DNA from: Actinomycetales bacterium
Lineage (GTDB): Bacteria > Actinomycetota > Actinomycetes > Actinomycetales > DASROP01
Direction of reading: 5' to 3'
DNA: 57,517 nucleotides
Assembly (NCBI GenBank): GCA_035646835.1
Contig: DASROP010000278.1
Coordinates: 1 to 57,517, forward strand
A program made the position numbers and the translations under genes. The notes under the pieces are model-generated. The model had not been told where the DNA came from. It ran no database searches and was given only the letters and a program-made list of their open reading frames with translations. Shown piece after piece: positions 11,285 through 21,288 of the stretch; within the stretch, counting starts at the first letter, position 1, and every line of letters starts with the position of its first letter.

Positions 11285-11374
11285 CACCAGTGGTCGTCGG
11301 CACCCAGTGGCTGTCATCACAGCCATCCCCTACCGACGATCAAGGACTCCGAGGACGGATGCCACGATGCAGCC

Positions 11375-12286
11375 ATGCGTCCCGGCCTCGAACGAATCGC
11401 GCTGATCTCCGACGTCCACGGCAACCTGACGGCGCTCGAGGCGGTGCTGAACGACATCGACGCTCGGGGCATCACGCGCATCTTCAACCTCGGCGACTAC
11501 GTGGGCAAGGGGCCGCGCGGACGCGAGGTCATCGACGTGTGCCGCGAGCGTTGCGAGGTCAACATCCTCGGGAACTGGGACGACTTCCTCCCCGACCCGC
11601 GCCGTGACTTCGACAACGAGGTGCTGCGGTGGTGGTTCGGGCAGCTCTCCGAGGGCCAGGGCGAGTGGCTTCGCGGTCTGCAGTTCAGCCACGACCTCGT
11701 GATGAGTGGTCGACAAATCCGTCTGTTCCACGCCTCGGCAACGACGGTGCACCGACGGGTCCGCTTCGACCACGACGAGGACGAGTTCCTGAGCATGTTC
11801 GCCAACACCGACGCCACCGGCGACGGCCCGCTCCCCACGGTGGTCGGGTACGGCGACACCCACGACGCCTTCTACGAGGTCGACCTGCAGCGACGCACCC
11901 TGTTCAACACCGGCAGTGTCGGCAACAGCATGGGTGACCCGACCCCGGTCTACGTGGCGATGGAGGGAATCCCGGACAGCCCCGATGACGGCCCGTTCTC
12001 AGTGCAGTTCGTGCGGGTTCCCTACGACGTCGAGGCCGAGCTCGCGGTCGCCAAGGAGATGGAGATGCCCGAGCTGGAGGCGTACACACTGGAACTGCGC
12101 GAGGGCATCTACCGCGGGAACCTGGAGCCCGGTGAGACGCCGGGCTACCACCGCGGCGAAGCCCCCACTGATCGTCGGGCGGAAATGGTGGTGATCACCC
12201 CCATCTCGATCCGACGATCAGTTCGGAGGGGTCAGCGGGGGCAGCCGGCGCCCGCGGGTAGGCCCTCCACGGCGACCGGCAGGTGA
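11375..12286 (+). CDS. Metallophosphoesterase family protein
   Basis: 303 aa MRPGLERIALISDVHGNLTALEAVLNDIDARGITRIFNLGDYVGKGPRG...ILGNWD...GDTHD. Motifs are D-x-H, GD and GNxD of calcineurin-like phosphoesterases. The low-complexity tail overlaps the convergent GH3 gene. Confidence 0.85.
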   Translation: MRPGLERIALISDVHGNLTALEAVLNDIDARGITRIFNLGDYVGKGPRGREVIDVCRERCEVNILGNWDDFLPDPRRDFDNEVLRWWFGQLSEGQGEWLRGLQFSHDLVMSGRQIRLFHASATTVHRRVRFDHDEDEFLSMFANTDATGDGPLPTVVGYGDTHDAFYEVDLQRRTLFNTGSVGNSMGDPTPVYVAMEGIPDSPDDGPFSVQFVRVPYDVEAELAVAKEMEMPELEAYTLELREGIYRGNLEPGETPGYHRGEAPTDRRAEMVVITPISIRRSVRRGQRGQPAPAGRPSTATGR

Positions 12287-13857
12287 CCTCGGGCCGGCGC
12301 AGCACCGACCAGGACGTCGACCAGGGCCCGGAACGCGGCCGGCGTCCGCCCGTAGAGCGCGATCCGGGCGACGGAGGCGGACGACGACCCCAGGCCGGCG
12401 GGCGCGTCCAGGGCGACCACGACGTCCCCGGACCCGGACGACGACCGGCGGCCGAGCAGCCGCACCACCGCGCCGGAGCCGACGTCCAGGCCGGCCGCCG
12501 ACGCCGCCTCTGTGAACCGGGCCCGGTCGGTCGCGGAGCCGCCGACCGCCTGGACGGCACCCTCCACCAGCGGCCCCGCGCAGGGACCGTCGGCGACGGT
12601 GAGGCCCGCGAGCGACAACGCGTACGACGCCTCGGCGTGCGCGCCCACGGCGTCCGGTCCCGGCGCCGGCGACTGGCGCTCCTGCCACCGCATCAGCGCG
12701 ACGACCTTCGCCGCCGCCTCGTCCACGCGGTCGCGGGACAGATCCCCGGCGGCGAGGGCAGCCACCAGCGCGGCGTGCGCGGCGTGCGGGTCGGCCGGCA
12801 TCAGCAGCACGTCGGCACCGGCCCGCACGGCGCGGACGGCGGCGCCCTCGGGTCCGTAGTCGGCGGTGATCGCCGCCATGTCGAGGGCGTCGGTGACGGC
12901 GAGCCCGGTGAAGCCGGCGTAGGTACGAAGCGACGCGTACGCGGCCGGCGACAGGGACGACGGCACGCCGGGATCGAACGCGTCGACGGCGATGTGGCTC
13001 ATCATCACCGCAGGGACGCCGGCGTCCGCCGCGGCCGCGAAGGGCGCCAGGTCGCGGCTGCGCAGCTGATCGCGGGTCGCGTCCTGCACCGGCAACGACT
13101 CGTGGCTGTCGGTGGTGACGCTGCCGTGGCCGGGGTAGTGCTTGGCCACCGGGACGATGCCCGCCCCCAGGTAGCCGGCGACGGCGCTGCGCACCACGTC
13201 GGCGACCAGGGTGGGGTCGTCGGACGCCGAGCGGCTGCCGATGGTCGGGTCGCTCGGACCCATGGTGACGTCGGCGACCGGAGCGAACACCCAGGTGAAG
13301 CCCAGCGCGCGCAGCTCGGCCGCGCTGGCCGCCGCGGCCGACTCCGTGGCCGCCGGGTCACGCGCTGCGCCGGCGGTCATCAGGGTCGGGAACTCGGTGG
13401 CCGGGACACCGATCCTCGCGACCCGGCCGCCCTCCTGGTCGACGGACACCACGGCCGGCCAGTCCCGGCCGCCGGCCGCAGCGGCGGCCTGCACGGCAGC
13501 GGCGGTCTCGCGCACCTGGTCGTGGTCGGCGACGTTGTCGCCCATCAGGATCACTCCGGCGAGGTGCAGCTCGGCCACCAGGTCGGCGGCGGTCGCCGGG
13601 TCCGTGCCGCCGTAGCGCGCGACGATCACCTGGCCGACGGCCCGCTCCGGGGTCATCGCCGCCACGTCGGCCCCTGCGGAGTCCAGCTCGGCCTGCGTCG
13701 GGCCCCAGGGCAGAGGCGGCGGAGGCGGCGGTGTCGTCTCAGGTGGGGACGGCGTCGCACTCACCTCGCCCGGCTCGGGGGTCGCGCCGGGCGGGGTCGC
13801 CGAGCAGGCGGCGCACACCAGCGCCGCCACGAGCAGGAGCGAGGTCCGGCGCAGCAT
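12232..13857 (-). CDS. Glycoside hydrolase family 3 protein, NagZ/LpqI-like beta-N-acetylhexosaminidase, probable lipoprotein
   Basis: 541 aa. Signal/lipobox-like N-terminus MLRRTSLLLVAALVCAACSATPPG, then a Pro-rich linker. GH3 motif AKHYPGHGSVTTDSHESLP and MMSHIAVDAFD. Confidence 0.88.
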   Translation of the reverse strand: MLRRTSLLLVAALVCAACSATPPGATPEPGEVSATPSPPETTPPPPPPLPWGPTQAELDSAGADVAAMTPERAVGQVIVARYGGTDPATAADLVAELHLAGVILMGDNVADHDQVRETAAAVQAAAAAGGRDWPAVVSVDQEGGRVARIGVPATEFPTLMTAGAARDPAATESAAAASAAELRALGFTWVFAPVADVTMGPSDPTIGSRSASDDPTLVADVVRSAVAGYLGAGIVPVAKHYPGHGSVTTDSHESLPVQDATRDQLRSRDLAPFAAAADAGVPAVMMSHIAVDAFDPGVPSSLSPAAYASLRTYAGFTGLAVTDALDMAAITADYGPEGAAVRAVRAGADVLLMPADPHAAHAALVAALAAGDLSRDRVDEAAAKVVALMRWQERQSPAPGPDAVGAHAEASYALSLAGLTVADGPCAGPLVEGAVQAVGGSATDRARFTEAASAAGLDVGSGAVVRLLGRRSSSGSGDVVVALDAPAGLGSSSASVARIALYGRTPAAFRALVDVLVGAAPARGHLPVAVEGLPAGAGCPR

Positions 13858-13909
13858 CTCCCTCGACGTTATCTGGCCGCCGCAACCCGATCACCGGCAT
13901 GCTGGCCCG

Positions 13910-14467
13910 ATGAAGGAGACGAGCCAGGAGCTCGGCTGGCTGCAGCGCCTGCTGGACTCCTCCCACGCACGGTCGACCGGACACCTGCGCAGCATCGTGG
14001 ACGACGACACACGGCTGACCGCGCCCGACGTGACCGACCTGATGACGGGGATGCGCGTGCTGAGCCTCGCCACCGTGACCGCGGCGGGCGAGCCACGCAT
14101 CAGCGCGGTCGACGGGCACTTCCTGCACGCCCGATGGGTCTTCAGCACCTCGGGCACGGCGGCGAAGGCCCGCCACCTGCGCAGGCAGCCGGCGGTCAGC
14201 GTCGCCTGCGTCGAGGGCGAGGAGGTCGCCGTGTTCACCCACGGGCGCGTGGAGTTCATCGAGGAGGCCCACGTGGACTTCGAGGAGATCCACCACCACC
14301 TCGTCGAGCACTACGGGTCGTCGCCCTTCACCTGGGGTGAGCAGATCGTGCTGTGCCGCGTCGATCCGACATGGTGCGTGGGCTACTCGTACCAGCGAGC
14401 GTCCGTGCTCGCCGCCCGCGGCGTCGTGCGGCAGCAGTCAGCCGGCGAGCACCTGCCCGACGGGTAG
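13910..14467 (+). CDS. Pyridoxamine 5'-phosphate oxidase-family (split-barrel flavin/deazaflavin-binding) protein
   Basis: 185 aa [29 protein letters not shown]...[50 protein letters not shown], which is PNPOx-like fold sequence. AAGGAG overlaps the start region. Confidence 0.75.
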   Translation: MKETSQELGWLQRLLDSSHARSTGHLRSIVDDDTRLTAPDVTDLMTGMRVLSLATVTAAGEPRISAVDGHFLHARWVFSTSGTAAKARHLRRQPAVSVACVEGEEVAVFTHGRVEFIEEAHVDFEEIHHHLVEHYGSSPFTWGEQIVLCRVDPTWCVGYSYQRASVLAARGVVRQQSAGEHLPDG

Positions 14468-15487
14468 CGACGAGTCGGCCGGCAGGTCGAGCGACGAGGG
14501 AGCCCGCCCACGTGCCACCATCAGCGCACCCAGGGCAGCGACCATCGCTCCGTTGTCGGTGCACAGCGCCGGCCGCGGCACGCGCAACCGGACGCCGGCG
14601 GCGGCGCACCTCTCGGCAGCCACCTCCCGGAGCCGGGAGTTGGCGGCGACCCCGCCGCCGATCAGCAGGTCGTCGACACCGTTCTCGGTGCAGGCCAGCA
14701 CCGCCTTGCGGGTGACGACGTCGACGACGGCCTCCTGGAACGACGCCGCGACGTCGGCCACGGGCACCGGCGTCCCCGAGGCCTCGCGTGCCTCGACCCA
14801 CCGGGCGACCGCTGTCTTCAGGCCCGAGAAGGAGACGTCGAAGCGGTGCCGCTGCATGTCGCGGCCCGAGGTGAGGCCGCGGGGAAACGCGATGGACTCC
14901 GCGTCGCCGTCGGCCGCGACCCGGTCGATGTGGGGCCCACCGGGAAAGGGCAGCCCGAGCACCCGCGCCACCTTGTCGAAGGCCTCTCCCGCGGCGTCGT
15001 CGATGGTCGCGCCCAGGGGGCGGACGTCGTCCGTCACGTCCGGCACCAGGAGCAGCGACGAGTGCCCGCCCGACACGAGCAGGGCCATCGCCGGCTCGGG
15101 CAGCGGCCCGTGCTCCAGGATGTCGACGGCGACGTGCGAGGCGAGGTGGTTGACGCCGTACAGGGGCCTGCCCAACGCGAACGCGAGCGCCTTGGCCGCG
15201 GCGACGCCGACCAGCAGCGCGCCGGCGAGCCCCGGCCCGCTGGTCACCGCCACCGCGTCCAGGTCGTCGAGCCGGACGCCGGCCTCGGCGCAGGCGCGCT
15301 CGATCGTCGGCACCATCGCCTCCAGGTGCGCGCGGCTGGCGACCTCGGGCACCACCCCGCCGAAGCGGGCATGCTCCTCGACGCTGCTCGCGACGGCGTC
15401 TGCCAGCAGGATGCCCCCTCGCACGATGCCGACGCCGGTCTCGTCGCACGAGGTCTCGATCCCGAGCACCAGCGGGCCGTCGTCCAC
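14438..15487 (-). CDS. tsaD: tRNA N6-adenosine threonylcarbamoyltransferase TsaD
   Basis: ORF 14438..15931 trimmed to GTG 15487 ([25 protein letters not shown]...). Contains the ...SGGHS... and GLPFPGGP motifs. Begins 11 nt after the rimI stop. Confidence 0.92.
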   Translation of the reverse strand: MDDGPLVLGIETSCDETGVGIVRGGILLADAVASSVEEHARFGGVVPEVASRAHLEAMVPTIERACAEAGVRLDDLDAVAVTSGPGLAGALLVGVAAAKALAFALGRPLYGVNHLASHVAVDILEHGPLPEPAMALLVSGGHSSLLLVPDVTDDVRPLGATIDDAAGEAFDKVARVLGLPFPGGPHIDRVAADGDAESIAFPRGLTSGRDMQRHRFDVSFSGLKTAVARWVEAREASGTPVPVADVAASFQEAVVDVVTRKAVLACTENGVDDLLIGGGVAANSRLREVAAERCAAAGVRLRVPRPALCTDNGAMVAALGALMVARGRAPSSLDLPADSSLPVGQVLAG

Positions 15488-15498
15488 GATGGCGAAGG

Positions 15499-15963
15499 CT
15501 ACTGGCGGGGCCCGAGCGGACGCAGGCGCAGCACGTGGGCGTCGACGTCCTCCGGCTGGTAGTACCGACGGCGGACGGCAATCCGCTCGAAGCCGTACCG
15601 CGCGTACAGGGCGAGGGCCGCCGCGTTGTCCGCCCGGACCTCCAGCAGCACCGACGCCGCGCCGGACCCGCGCGCCCGGTCCAGCAGCGCGCCGAGCAGG
15701 GCGCTTCCCGTCCTGCGCCCCTGTGCCTTCGGGTGAACGGCGATGGTCATCACGTCGGCCTCGCCGCCGGACACCGCCACCCCCGCGTACCCGGCCAGCC
15801 GCTCGCCGTCCGTGGCCAGCACGTACCAGCGCCCGGGAGCGGCCAGCTCGGCCCAGAACGTCTCGGCCGACCACGCGTCGCCGCCGAACAGCAACGGCTC
15901 GACCGCCGCGACCTCCTCGACGTCCCACCAACGCATCGGCCTCAGGACGACGTCCGCGGTCAC
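15499..15963 (-). CDS. rimI: Ribosomal-protein-alanine N-acetyltransferase RimI (GNAT)
   Basis: ORF 15499..16350 trimmed to GTG 15963 ([22 protein letters not shown]...). GNAT core [26 protein letters not shown] lies 5 nt upstream, overlapping the tsaB stop. Confidence 0.88.
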   Translation of the reverse strand: MTADVVLRPMRWWDVEEVAAVEPLLFGGDAWSAETFWAELAAPGRWYVLATDGERLAGYAGVAVSGGEADVMTIAVHPKAQGRRTGSALLGALLDRARGSGAASVLLEVRADNAAALALYARYGFERIAVRRRYYQPEDVDAHVLRLRPLGPRQ

Positions 15964-15970
15964 GCCCGCC

Positions 15971-16636
15971 TCACGTCCGCACACGCTTACGCGCACCGGG
16001 CTCCTGCACGTCCGGACGCCGCAGGTACAGCGGGTCGGTCGGCACCAGCCACCCGCCGTCCCCGGCCAGCGATCGCGCGGCGAGCCCCCCGAGGGCACCG
16101 GGCGACGGGTCGAGGGGACCGCCGTCAGGCCCCGGCAGCGCATCGGGGTACAGATGCGCCCCACGCCCGACGCACACCGCGCCGTCGACCCGGACGTCGG
16201 CCGCGGCACCCACCTGCGGCCCGGCGACACGCGCGAAACCCGCACCCTCGCGCCGGTACCGCGCCCAGTAGACCTCCCGCCGCCGCGCGTCCGTCGCCAC
16301 GACGAGCTCGTCGTCGTCCAGCGCGCCGAAACCCTGCGCCGCCAAGGCATCGAGGCTGCAGACCCCGTGCACGTCGAGGCCCAGGGCGTGGCCCAGCGTC
16401 CGGGCCGTGACCAGCCCGACCCGCAACCCCGTGAACGGGCCCGGGCCCACGCCGACCGCCACCGCGGTCAGGTCCGCCGGAGACGCCCCGACGTCGGCCA
16501 GCACCTCACGGACGAAGGGCATCAGCACCTCTGCGTGCCGCGTCGGGTCGTGCACCGACCTCTCCGCGACGACCGACGTCCCGTCGTGCAGAGCAGCGCC
16601 GGCGGCCGCCGAGGTGTCGAGCGCGAGCAGCAGCAC
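15971..16636 (-). CDS. tsaB: tRNA threonylcarbamoyladenosine biosynthesis protein TsaB
   Basis: 221 aa MLLLALDTSAAAGAALHDGTSVV...AVGVGPGPFTGLRVGLVTARTLGHALG. Sits in the tsaE-tsaB-rimI-tsaD order. Confidence 0.9.
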   Translation of the reverse strand: MLLLALDTSAAAGAALHDGTSVVAERSVHDPTRHAEVLMPFVREVLADVGASPADLTAVAVGVGPGPFTGLRVGLVTARTLGHALGLDVHGVCSLDALAAQGFGALDDDELVVATDARRREVYWARYRREGAGFARVAGPQVGAAADVRVDGAVCVGRGAHLYPDALPGPDGGPLDPSPGALGGLAARSLAGDGGWLVPTDPLYLRRPDVQEPGARKRVRT

Positions 16637-16646
16637 GGCCGCGACG

Positions 16647-17201
16647 CTACCCGGGGCCGCAGCCGCCGGGCAGGGCGACGTCGGCCCAGCGCGGGCCGAC
16701 CCCGGTCAGGTGCACGGTGCGCGGCTCGGGGCGGTCGAGGGCTCCGCCGTCGTCGCTGTCGTGACCCGGTGGCCGCAGCAGCCGCACCTCCAGCCGGTCG
16801 ACGGACAGGTCCTCCACCAGGCCCTCGCCCCACTCCACCACGGTCACCGACTCCGCCAGCGACGCATCGAGGTCGAGGTCGTCGACCTCGACCAGACTGC
16901 TCAACCGATAGGCGTCCACGTGCACCAGGGACGGCCCACCGGCCGGGTGCGGGTGCTCCCGGGCGATCACGAACGTCGGCGACGTCACCGCGCCGCGGAC
17001 GCCGAGGCCCTCGCCGAGGCCTCGGGTGAACGTGGTCTTGCCGGCGCCGAGCTCGCCGGTGAGCACGACGAGGTCACCGCGGCGCAGCAGCTGGGCGAGC
17101 CGCCGTCCGAGCTCGACCATGTCGTCCGGGGTGGCGGCCAGGACGGCGGCGTGGTCGCCGGGGTCCTGGCGCCCGGCGTCCGCGGCGTGCGCACCGCTCA
17201 C
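16647..17201 (-). CDS. tsaE: tRNA threonylcarbamoyladenosine biosynthesis ATPase TsaE
   Basis: 184 aa with P-loop LTGELGAGKTTFTRGL and SPTFVIAREH...HVDAYRL. The GTG start overlaps the upstream stop (GTGA). Confidence 0.9.
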   Translation of the reverse strand: MSGAHAADAGRQDPGDHAAVLAATPDDMVELGRRLAQLLRRGDLVVLTGELGAGKTTFTRGLGEGLGVRGAVTSPTFVIAREHPHPAGGPSLVHVDAYRLSSLVEVDDLDLDASLAESVTVVEWGEGLVEDLSVDRLEVRLLRPPGHDSDDGGALDRPEPRTVHLTGVGPRWADVALPGGCGPG

Positions 17202-18304
17202 GCCGGGGCCCTCCGACGGCGGCGCCTGCGTCGGGGCGCCCGACGCACGGTCCGCCGGGCCCGGTCGATCAGCGCGACGAGGTGCGGCGTGACCACCTCC
17301 GGGTGCTCGAGCATCACGTTGTGGCCGGCGTCGCGGACGACGACGTGCTCGGCGTGCGGCAGTCGCCGGACGATCTCGGCACTGTGCGCCAGAGGGATCA
17401 TCAGGTCGTCGTCACCGGACAGCACGAGTGTCTCGATGCCGGTCATCGCCTCCAGGCTCTCGTGCTTGTCGTGCTGGCTGAAGGCCGGCAGGAAGTCTCC
17501 GATCACCTCGATCCGGGTGGCCGCGATCATCCGCGCCGTGAAGTCGACCAGCTCGTCGCTGACCTCGGACGAGTAGGAGTACCGCCGCACCAGCACCGCC
17601 TCCAGGTCACCTCCGAGCCGACGGCCCTTCTCCACCAGCGCCGGTCGTCGCGAGAGCACCTTCAGCGCCCTCGGTGCGACCCGGTGCACGACGCGGCCCA
17701 GCCGGTCCAGGCCGAGGTCCAGGTTGCCGAGACCCCCGGCGCTGGTGGCGACCAGGGCGACGCCGACCACCCGGTCGGCGAACAGCTCCGGCTCGTGGGC
17801 CGCCAGCGACATGATCGTCATCCCGCCCATCGAGTGCCCGACCAACACGAGCGGACCCTCCGGCGCGGTCGCCTCGATCACCGCCCGCAGGTCGGCCCCC
17901 ATCTGCTCGATGGTCGCCGAGCCCACCGGCCCGCGCCGCGAGCGGCCGTGGCCGCGCTGGTCCCAGAACGCTGTCCGGTAGCGACCCCGCAGATCGAGGC
18001 GCTGGTAGTGCCACAGGTCGAGGTTGAGTGAGTACCCGTGGCAGAAGACGACGGTCAGCTGGTCGGGGTCCGGCTCGGTCGGCTCGTCGACCTCCGCGTG
18101 CAGCCGTGTGCCGTCGTCCGCCTCGACCACGACCGGCGCCGACCGCACCGAGCCGTACGGGACGTCGGACGACGGTCCGGCTCGTCGGCCGACCAGCGGA
18201 CGGCCCACCGCGACCCGCTCGGCGGCCAGGCCCAGGGCGGCCCCGGTCCCCGCAGCGGCCAGGCCGATGCCCAGCGACAGCAGGCCGGCCCGGCCCTTGC
18301 TCAC
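17198..18304 (-). CDS. Alpha/beta hydrolase (membrane-anchored)
   Basis: 368 aa. N-terminal hydrophobic segment LLSLGIGLAAAGTGAALGLAA, then HGYSLN..., and the nucleophile elbow LVGHSMGG. Coupled by GTGA overlaps to alr upstream and tsaE downstream. Confidence 0.85.
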   Translation of the reverse strand: MSKGRAGLLSLGIGLAAAGTGAALGLAAERVAVGRPLVGRRAGPSSDVPYGSVRSAPVVVEADDGTRLHAEVDEPTEPDPDQLTVVFCHGYSLNLDLWHYQRLDLRGRYRTAFWDQRGHGRSRRGPVGSATIEQMGADLRAVIEATAPEGPLVLVGHSMGGMTIMSLAAHEPELFADRVVGVALVATSAGGLGNLDLGLDRLGRVVHRVAPRALKVLSRRPALVEKGRRLGGDLEAVLVRRYSYSSEVSDELVDFTARMIAATRIEVIGDFLPAFSQHDKHESLEAMTGIETLVLSGDDDLMIPLAHSAEIVRRLPHAEHVVVRDAGHNVMLEHPEVVTPHLVALIDRARRTVRRAPRRRRRRRRAPA

Positions 18305-19440
18305 GAGCCACCGCCGACGTAGGTACGGGGCACCCGCGAGCCGACCCGGCTGACGATCTCGTAGCTGATCGTGCCGGCCGCGTCGGCCCAGTCCTGGGCG
18401 GTCGGCTCGCCGTCGTCCCCGGGCCCGAACAGGACGACGACGTCGCCGGCGGCCGCGTGGTCGTCACCGAGGTCGACGACGAACTGGTCCATGCAGACCC
18501 GGCCGGCGACGGTTCGTCGCGCCCCCGCGACGAGGACCGGGCCGGTGTTGCTGGCATGCCGGGGGACGCCGTCCGCGTAGCCGAGCGGCACCAGGCCCAG
18601 CGTGGTCTCCGCGGCCGTGGTGTAGGCGTGGCCGTAGGAGACGCCCTGCCCCGCGCCGACCCGCTTGACCAGCGACAGGCGCGCGCGCAGCGTCATCGCC
18701 GGGCGCAACCCGTAGGCGGCCGGCGACCCCAGGTCCGGCACCGGCGACAGCCCGTACAGGGCGATGCCCGGCCGCACCAGGTCGAGGTGGGCACCGCTGT
18801 TGGTGAGCGTCGCCGCCGAGTTCGCCAGGTGACGCAGCTGCGGTCGCACACCCAGGCCCGCGGCCACCTCGAGGGCGTCGGTGAACGCCTGCTGCTGCCG
18901 CACGACCGTGGGGTGGGTCGGCGCGTCCGCCCAGGCGTAGTGCGACCAGATCCCGACCACCTCGACGGAACCCTCCGCCTGCGCCGTGGCCACCGCCACC
19001 AGGAGGTCTGACCAGTCCGCCGGAGCGGTGCCGCCGCGGCCGAGCCCGGTGTCGACCTTGAGGTGCACCCGGGCGCTGCGGCCGAGGTGCCGGGCGGCGG
19101 CCACGACCTCCTCCAGCGCCCAGGCGGCGGCCACGGAGATGTCGATGTCGGCGGCGATCGCCGCTGCCATGTCGGCACCGGGGGCGTGCAACCAGCTCAG
19201 CACGGGGGCCTCGACCCCCGCCTCCCGCAGGGCCAGCGCCTCGGACAGCTGCGCCACGCCGAGCCACGACGCGCCGCCCGCGAGCGCCGCCCGGGCGACC
19301 GGCAGCAGCCCGTGCCCGTACCCGCCGGCCTTGACCACCGCCATCACCTCGGCGCCGCGTGCGTGCTCGCGAAGGGCCGCCGCGTTGGTCCGGACGGCGT
19401 CGAGGTCGACCACCGCCTCGGCGGGGAAGGTGCTCATCAT
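18301..19440 (-). CDS. alr: Alanine racemase
   Basis: 379 aa MMSTFPAEAVVDLDAVRTNAAALREHARGAEVMAVVKAGGYGHG (PLP-lysine motif), and a C-terminal ...GRVCMDQFVVDLG. Confidence 0.93.
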   Translation of the reverse strand: MMSTFPAEAVVDLDAVRTNAAALREHARGAEVMAVVKAGGYGHGLLPVARAALAGGASWLGVAQLSEALALREAGVEAPVLSWLHAPGADMAAAIAADIDISVAAAWALEEVVAAARHLGRSARVHLKVDTGLGRGGTAPADWSDLLVAVATAQAEGSVEVVGIWSHYAWADAPTHPTVVRQQQAFTDALEVAAGLGVRPQLRHLANSAATLTNSGAHLDLVRPGIALYGLSPVPDLGSPAAYGLRPAMTLRARLSLVKRVGAGQGVSYGHAYTTAAETTLGLVPLGYADGVPRHASNTGPVLVAGARRTVAGRVCMDQFVVDLGDDHAAAGDVVVLFGPGDDGEPTAQDWADAAGTISYEIVSRVGSRVPRTYVGGGS

Positions 19441-19447
19441 GTCCGGG

Positions 19448-20911
19448 CTAGTGTCCCAAAGCCGGGACGGGGCGGGTCAGCAGGCTCGCGACAGCGGTCG
19501 GCAGGGCGGCCAGCACGGCGGAGGCGGACGTCGGCCCGCCGCGCGAGGCCAGGTGCCCGGCCAGGCTGTGGACGACGACCGCCGCGCTGCCCGCGTCGAG
19601 CGGGTCCAGCCCCGCCGCGAGCAGGACCCCGGCGATGCCCGAGAGGACGTCCCCCGACCCCGCGGTGGCCAGCCAGTGCGGGCCGTCCGGCTGCGCGCGG
19701 ACCGGCCCCTCCGGAGGGACGACGAGGGCCGTGGCGCCCTTGAGCAGCACGGTCGCGCCCGTGAGCCCGGCAGCGACCCGGGCGTGGTGCAGCGGGCGGG
19801 CCTCGACGTCGGCCCGCTCGACCGGTTCGCCGCGGGACGACAGCAGTCGGGCCAGCTCGCCGGCGTGCGGCGTGAGCAGGGTCGGCGCGGCCCGACGCCC
19901 CGTCAGCACCGCCAGCGCACCGGCGTCCACGACGCACGGCTCGGCGGATCCGAGGGCGGCCTCGACCGCCCGGCGCTGGCCGTCGTCGTCCGGGTCGACC
20001 CCCGGGCCCAGCACCCACGCCTGGACGCGCCCGTCGCCCGGCACCACCTCCGGCCACCGGCTGCGCACCAGGTCGGTCGGGGCCGGCGGTCCGAGGTACC
20101 GCACCATGCCGACGCCGGCCGCGACCGCGCCACCGGTCGCCAGCACGGCCGCCCCGGTGTACGTCTGCCCGCCCGCAACCACCCCGAGCACGCCGCGGGA
20201 GTACTTGTCGTCGTCCGGCCCCGGCACCGGCCAACGCGCCGCGGCATCCGCCGGCTCCCACCGCTCGACCGCCGCCGGGCCGAGGCGGCCGGCGTCCAGA
20301 CCGATGTCGACGACCACGACGCGGCCGGCGGCCTCGTTCGCGGGCGGCACCAGCAGGCACGGCTTGGCTGTGCCGAACGTCACGGTGGTGTCGGCCCGGA
20401 CATGAGGTACGGGCGTCTCGCCGGTGTCCGGGTCGACGCCGCTGGGCAGGTCGACAGCGACCACTGGCAGACCGGGCGGCATGTCGTTGGCCAGGTCGGC
20501 GGCGAGGCCCTCCAACCCGGGGCGGGCACCGATGCCGAGGATCCCGTCGACGACGAGGTCCGCCCGGCCGAGCAGCCCGCGGGCCGTGCCGGCGTCCGCC
20601 ACCCGCCCCCCGGCACGGCGGAGAGCCTCGAGGCCGCCCCCGTGCACTCGCCCGGAGGTGAGCACGGCATCGACGCGTACCCCACGGGCGGCGAGGCGGG
20701 CTCCCGCCCACGAGGCGTCACCACCGTTGCTGCCGGGTCCCACCAGCAGCACCACCCGCCGTCCGTACACGCCGCCCGTGCGCCGCCGCAGCTCGCCGAC
20801 GACGACGCTCGCCAGCGCGGACGCGGCCCGCTGCATCAGGGCGCCGTCCCGCAGGTCCGCCATCGCCGCCTGCTCGGCGGCCCGCACCGCGTCCACCGCG
20901 TGCGCCCTCAC
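19448..20911 (-). CDS. Bifunctional NAD(P)H-hydrate repair enzyme (YjeF-N epimerase + ADP-dependent dehydratase)
   Basis: 487 aa. N-terminal VVLLVGPGSNGGDASWAGARLA (YjeF_N). C-terminal carbohydrate-kinase-like ...KYSRGVLGVVAGG...TAGSGDVLSG. Confidence 0.9.
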   Translation of the reverse strand: MRAHAVDAVRAAEQAAMADLRDGALMQRAASALASVVVGELRRRTGGVYGRRVVLLVGPGSNGGDASWAGARLAARGVRVDAVLTSGRVHGGGLEALRRAGGRVADAGTARGLLGRADLVVDGILGIGARPGLEGLAADLANDMPPGLPVVAVDLPSGVDPDTGETPVPHVRADTTVTFGTAKPCLLVPPANEAAGRVVVVDIGLDAGRLGPAAVERWEPADAAARWPVPGPDDDKYSRGVLGVVAGGQTYTGAAVLATGGAVAAGVGMVRYLGPPAPTDLVRSRWPEVVPGDGRVQAWVLGPGVDPDDDGQRRAVEAALGSAEPCVVDAGALAVLTGRRAAPTLLTPHAGELARLLSSRGEPVERADVEARPLHHARVAAGLTGATVLLKGATALVVPPEGPVRAQPDGPHWLATAGSGDVLSGIAGVLLAAGLDPLDAGSAAVVVHSLAGHLASRGGPTSASAVLAALPTAVASLLTRPVPALGH

Positions 20912-20927
20912 TTCTCCCCCTCGGGCA

Positions 20928-21281
20928 TCAGCGGGCCTCGGCGATCACGATGGCCGAGGCGATGCCGGCGTCGTGGCTCAGCGACAGATGGAAGGTGTCG
21001 ATCCCCAGGGCCTCCGCACGCAGGGCCACGGTGCCGGTCACATCGAGGTGCGGTCGGCCGTCGTCCGCGCGGTGCACGGTGACGTCCTGCCAGCGGAGGC
21101 CCACCGGCGCACCCAGGGCCTTGGCGAGCGCCTCCTTGGCGGCGAACCGGGCGGCCAGCGACGCGGGTGGAAGGTGACGCTCGGCCTCGGTGAAGAGCCG
21201 CTCGACGAGCCGGGGCGTGCGGGTCAGCGTCTGCGAGAAGCGCTCCACGTCGACGACGTCGATCCCGACTCCGACGACCAC
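20928..21281 (-). CDS. acpS: Holo-[acyl-carrier-protein] synthase
   Basis: 117 aa [19 protein letters not shown]...[16 protein letters not shown]...[19 protein letters not shown] start 7 nt after the glmS stop. Confidence 0.9.
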   Translation of the reverse strand: MVVGVGIDVVDVERFSQTLTRTPRLVERLFTEAERHLPPASLAARFAAKEALAKALGAPVGLRWQDVTVHRADDGRPHLDVTGTVALRAEALGIDTFHLSLSHDAGIASAIVIAEAR

Positions 21282-21288
21282 GGTGTGC

